DNA of 64,000 nt, taken from assembly GCA_046761065.1 (NCBI GenBank), contig JBHIFL010000008.1:1-64000 (forward strand), read 5' to 3'. Both the position numbers and the translations under genes were made by a program. The notes beneath the pieces were generated by a model. It was not told where the DNA came from, did no database searches, and worked only from the letters and a program-made list of their open reading frames with translations. Within the stretch, counting starts at the first letter, position 1; every line of letters begins with the position of its first letter. Shown one piece after another: positions 10,771 through 21,502 of the stretch. This DNA comes from Candidatus Heimdallarchaeota archaeon. GTDB lineage: Archaea; Asgardarchaeota; Wukongarchaeia; Wukongarchaeales; JBHIFL01.

Positions 10771-12127
10771 ATGCGACAAATTGATGAATCGACGCCTCAA
10801 GTGATTCCATTCATGCATAGAAGCGCACTCAGTCGTGTTCTTCGCAGATTGGGGAATCATCTCAAAAACTAATATGGTGGGTGTCGAACCCTGGCAGTAT
10901 CCAATTAAACGATTTGATCCATTTCGAATGCGGCCTATCCGAATTAAAGAACAGCCGATAGGAAAGATAACAGGTCGATTCACCTATATAAGTGCAGTTA
11001 GAGCGCAAAGGCCTATGACCATAACTCCCGCTTCTATAGGTGAGAAGTCCCCCACACAATTTGTGTATGAGAAGATAGTTTTAGGTCAAGACTATTGTAT
11101 CCCTATTTTGACAGTAGATGGAAACCAAGAACTCCAGATATATAACAATCTTTTTTCAACCACTGCCCATAAATACGATTTCGCGGAAGATTCGGTTATC
11201 TCAATTATCAATAAATTTCCTGCCATGGTTCGCTATGATGAATCTAACAGTGGCATCCCGAACCTTGCTCGAGGGCTTTGTTTGGTTGCGTTTCCCACGA
11301 AACATTATACACGATTATTAGATATGCCAAATGATGCTATTTCAGACCTTTTGTTGGCATTACAGGAGTCACAACGATTAATTGCTGACACAACAACGGG
11401 GAAAATCGTTCCACTGGTTCCTGAAGGGCGATACGTTGAGACTGTCACTATTGAAGTTTTCTTTAACATCGGAGCAGCTGTTGGAGGATCAATTGATCAC
11501 ATTCACGGTCAACTTTACGCTGATCTTTCAGATACTGGACATTCGATCACCACCGAATGGGCTATCTTAACGGCGCAAGACAAAGAGCTAGGGTGCATCT
11601 CATGCCGAATGATACAGGGAGATATTAAGGAACTGGGAGGCATCCCTTTCCCATTCGATCGCTTAAAGATCGCTGAAAACGCATATGGAGTCTTGTATGC
11701 GAGTTTTGCTCCGACAGCTAATTATCAGTTAAAAATTATCCCGCGCCTTCACCGCCGTTTTTTCACGGATTTCACCCCGGAGGAACTTGATGCACTTGCA
11801 GAATTGCTACGGTTAGCTTTTTTTGGCCTTGATTACCTGGAAGTTCCGGCAGATAGGAATATACGGTTGACACAACTTCCCCATGGATATGGGGCCGAGA
11901 CAGATTTCCATTGTCGATGGTCGATCGATCCATTTGATACTTTTGGGGGTTTTGAGCGGAGAGGTGATCAGAAGGTTGCAAAAGTGTTTCCAGAGCATAT
12001 AGCTTCGATGTTACGCCACCTCTTTCTCCAGCGACGCATTATTACACCCGACTTGTATCACATCAATAGTGCTGAGCTAAACAAACACATCAGAGCCAAA
12101 CGATTGAGCCAACTTCTTTCTGATTAA
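10771..12127 (+). CDS. GalT/HIT-family nucleotidyltransferase; split gene join(10771..10818,10850..12127), 441 aa
   Basis: AGGTGA RBS (10757-10762) before ATG 10771; exon 1 MRQIDESTPQVIPFMH aligns with paralog MRKVNEEVPKYIPFMH; exon 2 starts WGII; NKFPA and NIGAAVGGSIDHIHGQ active-site motifs (HIHGQ at 11498-11512). Confidence 0.85.
10819..10849 (+). other. Candidate 31-nt archaeal bulge-helix-bulge mRNA intron
   Basis: Bulges ATA (10817-19) and ATT (10848-50) flank central helix ATGC/GCAG; inner stem GAAG-C-GCAC/GTGT-T-CTTC; exon-exon stem GTGATTCC/GGAATCAT; removal restores frame and the paralog sequence. Confidence 0.8.
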
Positions 12128-12231
12128 CATCTTTCAACACAAAATGCGTTTAAGTGAGGGAATTTAATTCGCAGAAATCTTTATCTCTTGGTGCGAAAAG
12201 GAGATTCTGTCAATCTTGAATATTGGGTTGA

Positions 12232-12942
12232 TTGATTAGTATAAAAATCAGGATCTTAATATTAAAGAAAGTGGGATGTCTGATGATCGATTTTTCAACA
12301 GTTAGGGTTGTTGATCTTACAGATCCATTACGAACGGGAATGCCTGTTTATCCAGGGGATCCTGAAGTTCAGATCAATCAAATTTTCACAATCGAACACG
12401 ATGGAGAAAGTGTCTTTGAATTCCATTTGAGTTCTCAAAGTGGGACACACCTCCAAAGTGGGTATTACTTTTTACAAGATGGGCAAACGCTGGATCAGGT
12501 GAATCCTGTCTCCTTCTTCGGCTGGACGAAGATAATTGATGTTCCATTACACCTCTTCTCACTTAAGGACTTTAAGCACGTATTATTGGATCTCCACAAT
12601 GTCGATTTTGTCATTTTAAGATCTGGTTATGGCGAAAAATTGAAAAAAATCACATATGATGATATTGAGTCTCCCAATAGACCCCGATTGGATATGGATA
12701 TGGCCAAATGGTTGGTTAAAACAGGAATTAAATTGATAGGGGTTGATTCATTTGGGCTAGATCCTTATCCCGATTTTCGAGTTAACAAATATCTTTGTCG
12801 AGCTGGTATATTAATCTTGGAAGGGCTAGTGAATTTGTTTTCATTACAAACGTCCCACGTGTTTTTAATTGCTTTACCTCTTCTTGTTATAGGAACTGAA
12901 GGAGCTCCATGTCGCGTGCTTGCCTTAGAACCAATATCATGA
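12232..12942 (+). CDS. Cyclase family (kynurenine formamidase-like) protein; likely start ATG ~12283
   Basis: DLT..L..GMPVYPGDP, GTH, IGVD, ILEGL, GAPCR motifs. Confidence 0.85.
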   Translation: MISIKIRILILKKVGCLMIDFSTVRVVDLTDPLRTGMPVYPGDPEVQINQIFTIEHDGESVFEFHLSSQSGTHLQSGYYFLQDGQTLDQVNPVSFFGWTKIIDVPLHLFSLKDFKHVLLDLHNVDFVILRSGYGEKLKKITYDDIESPNRPRLDMDMAKWLVKTGIKLIGVDSFGLDPYPDFRVNKYLCRAGILILEGLVNLFSLQTSHVFLIALPLLVIGTEGAPCRVLALEPIS

Positions 12943-13033
12943 AGACTACTGGATTTTCTGGCAATTCCGTTGAAAATGGATTCATATAAGGCATGCACCC
13001 AGAAAAAATTAAGAATTACACGTCTTAAGCGCA

Positions 13034-14338
13034 TTGTTGATGATTACTTTGAATTCGACAACATCCTCACGAAAGAATGATAACTTTGCTCTCATTCATG
13101 GGCCAAGCCATGTCACGTTAACAAAGGGTTGTATGGAGGTTTTTGGAAAGATAATTGAGCAAGGAGAATCATTTATCGTGCCCTATGGGAAAACAACACC
13201 TGTTATCCTTCGATCAGAGACTCAACTCTCTGATCTTCAAGTCAAATCCGGTACAGGAGGAGCTCTCGAACATTTAACAGAGAATCCAATTCCTAAGTTA
13301 TGGGGAGATCTTGCCAATCAACTCATCATGACCCGAGAAGCTCTTTGGATGATAATCGGTGGTCCTGATACTGGTAAAACTGGACTAATCACCTTCCTTG
13401 TCAATCAATGTTTACTCAAAAACAGAAACACAGCAATCATTGATAGCGACATTGGACAGTCAAATATCGGTCCTCCCACTACCATCGGGCTTGCAATGCC
13501 TTCCTCACCAGAAATCTTTCTATCTAACCATCCAATGAAGCAAGGTTACTTTATCGGGTCAACAAGCCCTCGTAGCCATCTCCTTCAAACCTGTTGTGGT
13601 GTCCGGAAGTTGGTAGATTCTGCGTATGACCTTGGAGCTGAGATTGTTTTGCTTGATACCTCTGGCTATATTGAAGGATCTGCTGCACGAGCCTTGAAAT
13701 ACCATAAAGCAGTGCTAATTGAGCCCTCCTCCATATTAGCTCTTCAACGTGAGAATGAATTAGAACATATTCTCACGTCCTTAGATAGTTTCGCACCTAT
13801 AGTCCGCATGGACCCGCCTTTTTCAGTTCAGTTAAAAAATCATGATATTCGAGGTACCTATCGGGAAACACGGTTCAAGAAAGTCTTTGCAGGCGCCCGC
13901 TCAGTTACTTTTTCCTTTAAGGATGTCCGGTTGTTAGGAACCGCACTTGGGTATGGGACGTCCATTACAGCATATGAGAAATTAGTTAAGCTGCTTAATA
14001 CAAAAATTATATGGGCTCAGAAAAATTCTGATCGGTTGCTACTTGTAGTTCAGGAACAATTCTCCACACAAAACCTAGACTTGCTGAAAGAAGAGTATAA
14101 CGTAAAACAAATCCAATTTATATTCTATCGAGACCTTCTAGGCTTGATTGTAGGGTTATTGGCTGAAAATCACACCTTCTTAACCGTAGGTCTTCTCCAA
14201 GACATCCGATTTAATGAGAAGATAGTTATTCGCACAACAGTGAATAAACCAGAGCAAGTGAAATTCATTACATTGGGAAGGATCCAGCTTACCCAGGATG
14301 GGAAACAGATCGGTCGGATTCCTGTTGGTTATCTCTAA
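13034..14338 (+). CDS. clp1: Polynucleotide 5'-hydroxyl kinase, Clp1/Nol9/Grc3 family
   Basis: Walker A GGPDTGKT, DSDIGQSNIGPP, DTSGY motifs; N-terminal beta domain; C-terminal domain. Confidence 0.9.
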   Translation: MLMITLNSTTSSRKNDNFALIHGPSHVTLTKGCMEVFGKIIEQGESFIVPYGKTTPVILRSETQLSDLQVKSGTGGALEHLTENPIPKLWGDLANQLIMTREALWMIIGGPDTGKTGLITFLVNQCLLKNRNTAIIDSDIGQSNIGPPTTIGLAMPSSPEIFLSNHPMKQGYFIGSTSPRSHLLQTCCGVRKLVDSAYDLGAEIVLLDTSGYIEGSAARALKYHKAVLIEPSSILALQRENELEHILTSLDSFAPIVRMDPPFSVQLKNHDIRGTYRETRFKKVFAGARSVTFSFKDVRLLGTALGYGTSITAYEKLVKLLNTKIIWAQKNSDRLLLVVQEQFSTQNLDLLKEEYNVKQIQFIFYRDLLGLIVGLLAENHTFLTVGLLQDIRFNEKIVIRTTVNKPEQVKFITLGRIQLTQDGKQIGRIPVGYL

Positions 14339-14424
14339 GAAGGCAAAAATTTAGATATCTATTCAAATTATATCTCATAAGAATAATTTAAAATGCACAA
14401 AAAAAGTTCATTTCATGAGTATAA

Positions 14425-15707
14425 ATGTTGAAAGACATAGGTAACTGTTTAATTCTACGTAATTTAATGGAATCTGATCGAGAATCTTTATTAGAACATG
14501 TTAAGAACGTTTTTGATAGCAACCAAGTTGGAGGGAGTGTTGTTCTCTTAACGAAGCAATTATTGGACTACTATCCAAGATTCTCTATGCAAGATAATTT
14601 TGTAGTTTCGACACTACACGAAACAATCAAGTTGTAGCCTGGCTCTGTTTACTTCGTAAAACCTGTGTTTTTGAAGGAGTTGAGCTCATTTATGGCCAAA
14701 TGGATATGGTAGGAACCCAGAAAGAATATCGAAATCGCGGCCTTATACGTCAGCTCAGCAATGCAATTGACGAACGAGCCGCTGAATATGGTCTCCCATT
14801 CATTGTTGTTTTAGGGATTCCCTATTTTTACAAAAAACTTGGATATGATTATGCAATTGCTTTTGAAGAAAGTATTCGAATCCCTCTTGAACGCATTCCT
14901 CCTCTGCAGAAGGGTGAAGAAAAGGCGTTTAATATAGAAAAAGTCGATAATATGACTAATTTTAATCTATACTTAGCAATCCGAGCTAAACGAAATAAGC
15001 ACTTAGATCTATATCAGCAAATACCAGTATCTTCCCTCAAATTTTATAGTTCTTTTAATTTAGAAGAAACTAATGAGGTTAGGCATTTTTATTTGGTCAA
15101 AAAGGAGGGGAAACCGATTGGGAATTTCTATATTGTAATGAGGTTTGGCTTTCTGAGAATTCGAGAATGCTATGTTGAGGATATGGCTGCGATTCCCAGT
15201 ATTTTACGATTTGCAAGAGATTTAGCTGCACAATATCAATTACCCATTACAATTGCAAAACCTGCACAAGCGGCTCTTATTCCAGTTATCAAACAAATTA
15301 CTGGAACCAACTTTACTGATCCCTATGCATGGTACGTTAAAATTCCGTCTTTGAAAATGTTTTTAGAAAAAATCACTGAAGTTTTGGAAAAACGATTGGA
15401 AAAATCTCGATATCAAGGATTAGATGCTATTATTAGAATTAACAATTATAAAACAGGTATTGGTCTAATATTTCAAAATGGAAAGCTCAAATCTATCACA
15501 GAACTAAGTATGGAGGAGATACAAAATAGTAAACAGCCTTTCGATTTACAAATTCCTCCCGATATTTTTATTCAGTTACTTATGGGATATAGAACGATCG
15601 ATGAACTTGAAGCGATAACATTTGATGTTATTTGCACTAGTAAAATGAAAAGTTTACTGAATATACTCTTTCCAAAAGTAAAAGCCAGTTTGACACCTGC
15701 GATGTGA
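14425..15707 (+). pseudogene. GNAT (Eis-like) acetyltransferase with 1-nt frameshift near 14605 (pseudogene or assembly error)
   Basis: VGTQKEYRNRGL acetyl-CoA motif, GIPYFYKKLGY; two ORFs (14425-14637, 14700-15707) join on adding one T in GTTTC. Confidence 0.75.
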
Positions 15708-15847
15708 TGACCACTACTATCAGTAATAAACAAAGCCAGTTAGACAATATTTCTTTATTATAATGAATATTTAATCCTATAATAGAAATAAATGGAACTG
15801 AATAAAATTGTTACTTAACTGTTGTTAGGCATATATAGTAGCAGATT

Positions 15848-16378
15848 TTAGGTTTTAAGGGTTGATCTTCTGTCTATCGCTTCTTTTATTATACGTAAGG
15901 CGTCTTCTTGATCGCCCCATCCAATCACTTTTGTCGTCTTACCCCGTTCTAAATGCTTGTAGGTATTAAAGAATTCTTCAATTTCTCTTAACAGATGTTT
16001 TGGAATTGTAGCCAAAGATATAATTTCTTCCATCCGAGGATCATCTGTACAGACTGCCACGATTTTATCATCCTCTCCTGCTTCATCTTTCATCCGTAGT
16101 ACCGCAACAGGCCGTGCAGAAACAATACAATTCGGAATTAACTGAATACCAGCGCTAATGAGAAGTAAGACGTCTAGGGAATCCCCATCTTCACACAGAG
16201 TTTTTGGAATATACCCATATGCTGTTGGATAAACAACTGAAGAATGAAGAATACGATCGACTACAATAGTTCCGAACTCTTTATTGAACTCATATTTTAC
16301 CTTTGAACTCAGAGGGATTTCTATATGCACATAAATGACTTCTGGGGGATTGGGACCTGGGGGGATTATTTTGTTCAT
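15848..16378 (-). CDS. ppa: Inorganic pyrophosphatase, family I
   Basis: IEIP..VKYE, YPTAYGYIP, DGDSLD, DDK, FFNTYK. Confidence 0.97.
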   Translation of the reverse strand: MNKIIPPGPNPPEVIYVHIEIPLSSKVKYEFNKEFGTIVVDRILHSSVVYPTAYGYIPKTLCEDGDSLDVLLLISAGIQLIPNCIVSARPVAVLRMKDEAGEDDKIVAVCTDDPRMEEIISLATIPKHLLREIEEFFNTYKHLERGKTTKVIGWGDQEDALRIIKEAIDRRSTLKT

Positions 16379-16548
16379 TTTTATTCATTTAATCAAGCAC
16401 TCATTTTTATTTAATAATTTGGGCAATTATGAACTGTTACTCGTATTCCCCGAAACTAACATAGAAATGTAAGAACAAGCTAATCAGGATATGGAACATA
16501 GACAAAACCGAAAGATTGGGATGTTATGAATAATGGTCTTGAGATGAT

Positions 16549-18672
16549 GTGATTAGAGTGTCTCAAAACAATACCAAACATAAATTTAATCGTTTAATTC
16601 ACGAAAAAAGCCCATATCTGCTTCAACATGCCCAAAATCCAGTAGATTGGTACCCCTGGGGCGAGGAAGCTTTTGAAATAGCTCGTAAAGAAGACAAACC
16701 TTTGTTCTTATCTATTGGGTATTCAACCTGTCACTGGTGTCATGTTATGGAAAAAGAGTCTTTTGAAGACCATGAAGTAGCTCAATTGATGAATGATACC
16801 TTTGTATCCATAAAAGTTGATCGCGAAGAGCGTCCCGATATTGATAAACTCTATATGAACGTCTGTCAAATGATGACAGGCGGTGGGGGTTGGCCATTAA
16901 CCATCCTTATGACCCCTGATTTGAAACCATTTTGGGCAGGGACGTATATCCCGAAAGAATCGCGATTTGGTCGACTGGGGATGCAAGATTTTATTCCTAA
17001 GATCAAAGAAATGTGGCAAAAAAATCGTGATCAAGTAGTGAGTGCAGCCAATGAAATGATCACAGATCTTCAATGGCATTTATCAACTATTTCTGGTGGG
17101 AATGAAGACATAGGAGAATCTACTCTGAAATTTGCACATGAAATACTTGATGATCGCTATGATGAACGTTATGGAGGTTTCGGTCAAGCTCCAAAGTTTC
17201 CAACCTCTCACGTTCTTCGGTTCTTACTTCGTTATTGGAAGCGAACTGGTAAAGAGCGGGCACTTGAGATGGTTGAAAAAACCTTGCAGGCAATGCGGCA
17301 AGGTGGTATCTATGATCATGTGGGATTTGGGTTTCACAGATATTCAACTAATCCGCAATGGCTATTACCCCACTTTGAAAAGATGCTTTATGACCAAGCC
17401 CTATTGGCTATGGCCTATATTGAAGCGTATCAAGCTACACGCAACCCAGAATATAAACAAACGACGCAAGAAATTTTTACTTATGTTTTACGTGATATGA
17501 CATCTCCAGACGGAGGATTTTATTCCGCTGAGGACGCAGATAGCGAGGGAGTGGAAGGGAAATTTTACATTTGGACAGAAGCCGAAATTCATCAAATCCT
17601 CAACCAAGAAGACGCCAATTTAGTTGTTCAAGTGTTTAACCTTGCAAAAGAGGGGAATTTTGCAGAGGAGGCCACGCGTGAGAAAACTGGGGCAAATATT
17701 TTACATCTCAGGAAATCCCTTACAGAAATTGCAGGAGACTTGCAGATCCCCGAATCAGACCTAAGAACACAGTTAGAATCGATTCGCCAGAAGCTGTTTG
17801 AGGTGCGAGAGAAGCGGGTACATCCACTCAAAGATGATAAAATTCTCGTAGATTGGAATGGACTGATGATCGCAGCTCTCGCAAAAGGCGCTCAAGTTTT
17901 TGGTGAATATCAGTTTATGGAAGCGGCTAAAAATGCTGTACGGTTCCTTTTAACAACACTGCGTACACCTGAGGGCCGGCTTTTGCATCGGTATCGTGAT
18001 GGCGAAGCTGCCATTTCGGCTAACATAGACGACTACGCATTTCTAATTTGGGGTTTAATAGAGCTCTATGAGACCACCTTTGATGCCAATTACCTTCAAA
18101 CCGCTCTGGAGTTAACGAAGATGGCGCGTGAACATTTCTGGGACGAGGAAGCCGGTGGATTTTATTTTACACCTGACGACGGGGATCCCCTTCTTATTCG
18201 CCAGAAAGAAATCTATGATGGTGCAATACCCTCCGGGAACTCTGTATTTGTATTGAACTTGTTGCGACTAGGGCGGATGACAATAAATCCTGAATTCGAA
18301 GAAGAAGCTGCCCGTATTGGGCGGACATTTTCACTAACAGTCAACCAAGGCCCTGCGTCGTTTGCCCAATTATTAGTCGGCATAGACTTTGGACTAGGGT
18401 CCTCTTACGAGGTGGTCATAGCGGGGGACTCACAAGCCCAAGACACCCAAGAAATGCTACAAACCCTCAGGTCACACTTCCTACCAAATATGGTCATCTT
18501 ATTAAACCCAACAGAACAAGAATCACCGGAGATCTATCATGTTACGGAGTTTATCAAGCATCAGACGAGCCGGAACGGCAAAGCTACAGCGTATGTCTGC
18601 CTTGACTATGTCTGTAATCAGCCAACAACTAATATTGGCAAAATGTTAGAGCTGCTTGAAGTAGAGAAATAA
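16549..18672 (+). CDS. Thioredoxin-domain protein, YyaL/SPATA20 family
   Basis: [35 protein letters not shown]. Confidence 0.95.
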   Translation: MIRVSQNNTKHKFNRLIHEKSPYLLQHAQNPVDWYPWGEEAFEIARKEDKPLFLSIGYSTCHWCHVMEKESFEDHEVAQLMNDTFVSIKVDREERPDIDKLYMNVCQMMTGGGGWPLTILMTPDLKPFWAGTYIPKESRFGRLGMQDFIPKIKEMWQKNRDQVVSAANEMITDLQWHLSTISGGNEDIGESTLKFAHEILDDRYDERYGGFGQAPKFPTSHVLRFLLRYWKRTGKERALEMVEKTLQAMRQGGIYDHVGFGFHRYSTNPQWLLPHFEKMLYDQALLAMAYIEAYQATRNPEYKQTTQEIFTYVLRDMTSPDGGFYSAEDADSEGVEGKFYIWTEAEIHQILNQEDANLVVQVFNLAKEGNFAEEATREKTGANILHLRKSLTEIAGDLQIPESDLRTQLESIRQKLFEVREKRVHPLKDDKILVDWNGLMIAALAKGAQVFGEYQFMEAAKNAVRFLLTTLRTPEGRLLHRYRDGEAAISANIDDYAFLIWGLIELYETTFDANYLQTALELTKMAREHFWDEEAGGFYFTPDDGDPLLIRQKEIYDGAIPSGNSVFVLNLLRLGRMTINPEFEEEAARIGRTFSLTVNQGPASFAQLLVGIDFGLGSSYEVVIAGDSQAQDTQEMLQTLRSHFLPNMVILLNPTEQESPEIYHVTEFIKHQTSRNGKATAYVCLDYVCNQPTTNIGKMLELLEVEK

Positions 18673-18827
18673 TCAAAATTTAATGATTTTCTTACGAAGA
18701 TGATGGAGTTCACAAATTCTAACGAAATCATTTAATCCATAATTTCAATTTCTTTAAGACTTATATGTTATTTGTTAAGTGTTTACTTTCTTAAAAAGCC
18801 ATTATGGACCAAAATCACTCTTTTTGC

Positions 18828-20280
18828 TCAGCAAAAGGCCCCTTTCACTATCTTTCCAACCATTACAACTACTATTAGGGTTGCAATCGCTCCCAAACCT
18901 AAACCAAGCAAGAAAGATGACCTATGTAGCTCTTCAGGAGTGATTATAATCGTTAGGACTTCGGAAGGGATAGTTGTTGGCTCGATAGTCGTTAGCTCTT
19001 CGATCGTGGGGATCTCAGGGAAAATCTTGACAGAATAGTCGGGTTCTGGTTTCGTTTGGGAGATAAGAAAAAGCCGCGTGCCATTGACAACTAAATCTAC
19101 TGGAAACACTAATTTTGAAGCTTTTGCTTCAAATGGCCGGCTATGGCGTTCATATCAAGGGAATGAACCCAATAGTTTCCATCTTGCAGACCAAATGGGG
19201 TGAGATCCAAGGAATAAGTGATGCTGCGATACTCTGAATAGAAGTTCGAGAACCCAACTAAGATCGTTTCCTCGTCCAACTTTGCCTGGGTGATCAGAAT
19301 ATTTTCATTGTCTTTTATGGAAACATTATTACTGATGTTCAAGAACTTTGCAAAGGCGCGGAAGACTTTCCTATACAGGAACCACACATCTGTCGGTTTT
19401 TCTAAATCGTAAGTTTCCCAAGTGACCCCGGGAGTTTATGACGACTTGAAAGCTCCCTAATAGAGTATCCACCCACTTTTCGGATTCAATTCATTATGGT
19501 AAAGAATGAGCGGATAATCTTCTAGCTTATGAATTGTACCATCCTCCGCTATGTGTGAAGTTGCCAATGGGGTAATAGTTCTCGTTCAACTGCTCAAGTT
19601 GAAGCCCCCAAATTTCGTGAAAGTGCCTATCGTAAGCCAGCTCTAGATCAAGGATGTTTGGCTGGGTAATGTTGATCTTTATGTCCCCCCATGTATATGG
19701 TTGAATTGTATTCTCCTCAATAGGAAATCGGTGCATTCTAGTATCGTTCGCATAGATATTCTCGAGAGGTCCAATGCCCCCCAAAAACATGAGGTTCCCT
19801 CCCTTTGCAACATACTCATTCAGCTTTGAACCGTCTTTTCGCGGTACTTAACATTAGAGAGTACAATTAACTTGTACTTGGAGAGATCTAAATCCGTCCT
19901 TGCAAAAGCTCTTTTATTTACGGCATCAAACTCGGAGCATAGCCCAACAACATCTACAAAAAACCCTGCAGAATGGCTTGGTAGAAACCCCTCACCAATC
20001 GCAAGGACTTGTGTTTTCGGTTTCAGCTCTGGTAACTTTACTAGCTCTTGGTTCTAGCGATTCCTGAATATAAAGAGCTATCTACCTTGCCTGTCTGTCC
20101 TTTCATAGGGAGGGACTAGTTCAAGAGTCCCCCACATTGGGTCTCCTTGAGATTATACGAATCCTGAGGGTGCACATTATTTTTGAGCTTGAAGTTCAAC
20201 GGTGAACTCAGAGATAAGATAGTGATGCGAAAGGAGGCTTGCAAGCCCTTGTCATCCAAGTCCTCAAGGTTTGTCATTAT
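18828..20280 (-). pseudogene. Fragmented glycoside-hydrolase-like gene (beta-galactosidase trimerisation-type domain) with C-terminal membrane anchor
   Basis: Fragments DLSKYKLIVL, EYVAKGGNLMFLGG, C-terminal hydrophobic helix; several frameshifts and stops. Confidence 0.45.
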
Positions 20281-20368
20281 TGAATGGGGGGATATTTAAA
20301 TATAATAAATGCTTATTTTTGGAAACGAGACAAATTGAGTGAATGGGATGACTGGGATATAACGTAAA

Positions 20369-20809
20369 GTGACAATATATCTTGATACCTCAATTCCAAA
20401 TGCTTTACATCATGAACCCGCCGATCGAAAAGAAACAACTTCTCTCCTGTTCTCACGAATCCTGCCGCTGTATGATGTTTTCATCTCCGAACTTATCGTG
20501 GCAGAACTTCAAGCTATCCCTGATTCCGGATTACGAAAAGAGTTAGTTGAATTGGTTAACCCATTTCACGTCTTACCCATACGTCCCAATGCTGAAGCCT
20601 TGGCGGGAGAGTATCTCAAATATCTCAACATACCGTAAGCCGATGCCCTTCATATCGCCATTGCTTCTATCGAAGGCATCAATTATCTAGTCACCTGGAA
20701 TATGCGCCATATTGCTCGAGAACGAACGCGAAGAATTGTGGATAACACAAATTTCTTATTTGGAGCCCCCAGAATCTATATCGTCACACCGGACGATTTA
20801 GTCGACTAA
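20369..20809 (+). pseudogene. PIN-domain (VapC-like) toxin with in-frame TAA at 20636-20638
   Basis: IYLDTS..E, and after the stop DALHIAIA..YLVTWNMRHI. Confidence 0.8.
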
Positions 20810-20812
20810 GAA

Positions 20813-21028
20813 GTGAGAGACATGCTATCCACCGAAGAAAAGGAGAAGTTATGGAAACAAGTGGTGAGGGAGTTCCCCTCGGATCCCATGATGCGCGACC
20901 TCCATTTCATTCGAGCCTTAATGGCTGCTTTGAAGCAACAGAAACCCAGCAAAACCTATCTGGAATTAAGTGAGATAGTTCGAACAGAATTCCTTGACTG
21001 GTTGAAAGTCTCTCATAACGTGCCGTAA
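20813..21028 (+). CDS. Small hypothetical protein, probable antitoxin partner
   Basis: 71-aa ORF directly after PIN gene (EFPSDPMMRDLHFIR). Confidence 0.5.
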   Translation: MRDMLSTEEKEKLWKQVVREFPSDPMMRDLHFIRALMAALKQQKPSKTYLELSEIVRTEFLDWLKVSHNVP

Positions 21029-21502
21029 TCGCATTTTTGCGTTAACCATGGATTAAATGGGATAATCCCTGCCGTATTGAGAAGCTTCTAATCTCAAAAT
21101 CCTACGGAAGTGGAGGAAGAATTCCATGTTAAAAGTAAACTATTGTGGTCTATAGACGCAAGACCGTCACCATTTCTTCCTCTCGTTTGAAAAGGATCAA
21201 GCGGAATTTTCGGTTTACGGTCCACTTCTGCGTCTTTTTTTTCTACGGGGTCTATCTTTTCACCCCGCGCTTCGTGTGTGTGTTCTGTGATCTCCTGCAG
21301 GTGGCATTTAACCTGCAGCTCGGAAATGGCGCGCATCCGCACGCTTTAAAACCCATACGGGGCTAAGCATTTTTACACATCCCTGTTAAAAGAAAAATCT
21401 TGTAAGAACTTTAGGAGACTCGCGAGTATAAATTAGAATAGTTATTAGAGAGCTTTTTATGATTAACGAGAGAAGAATTCCCTCTTCTTGTAATAAAAAG
21501 CA

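Noticed and set aside
10835-10849. ORF-track start MFFAD for the GalT-like gene
   Set aside because: No RBS, lies inside the hairpin, and omits 16 residues homologous to the paralog that follow an RBS-ATG at 10771
14590-14640. Possible second intron at the GNAT frameshift
   Set aside because: Explained by one missing T in a short T-run; no BHB fold seen
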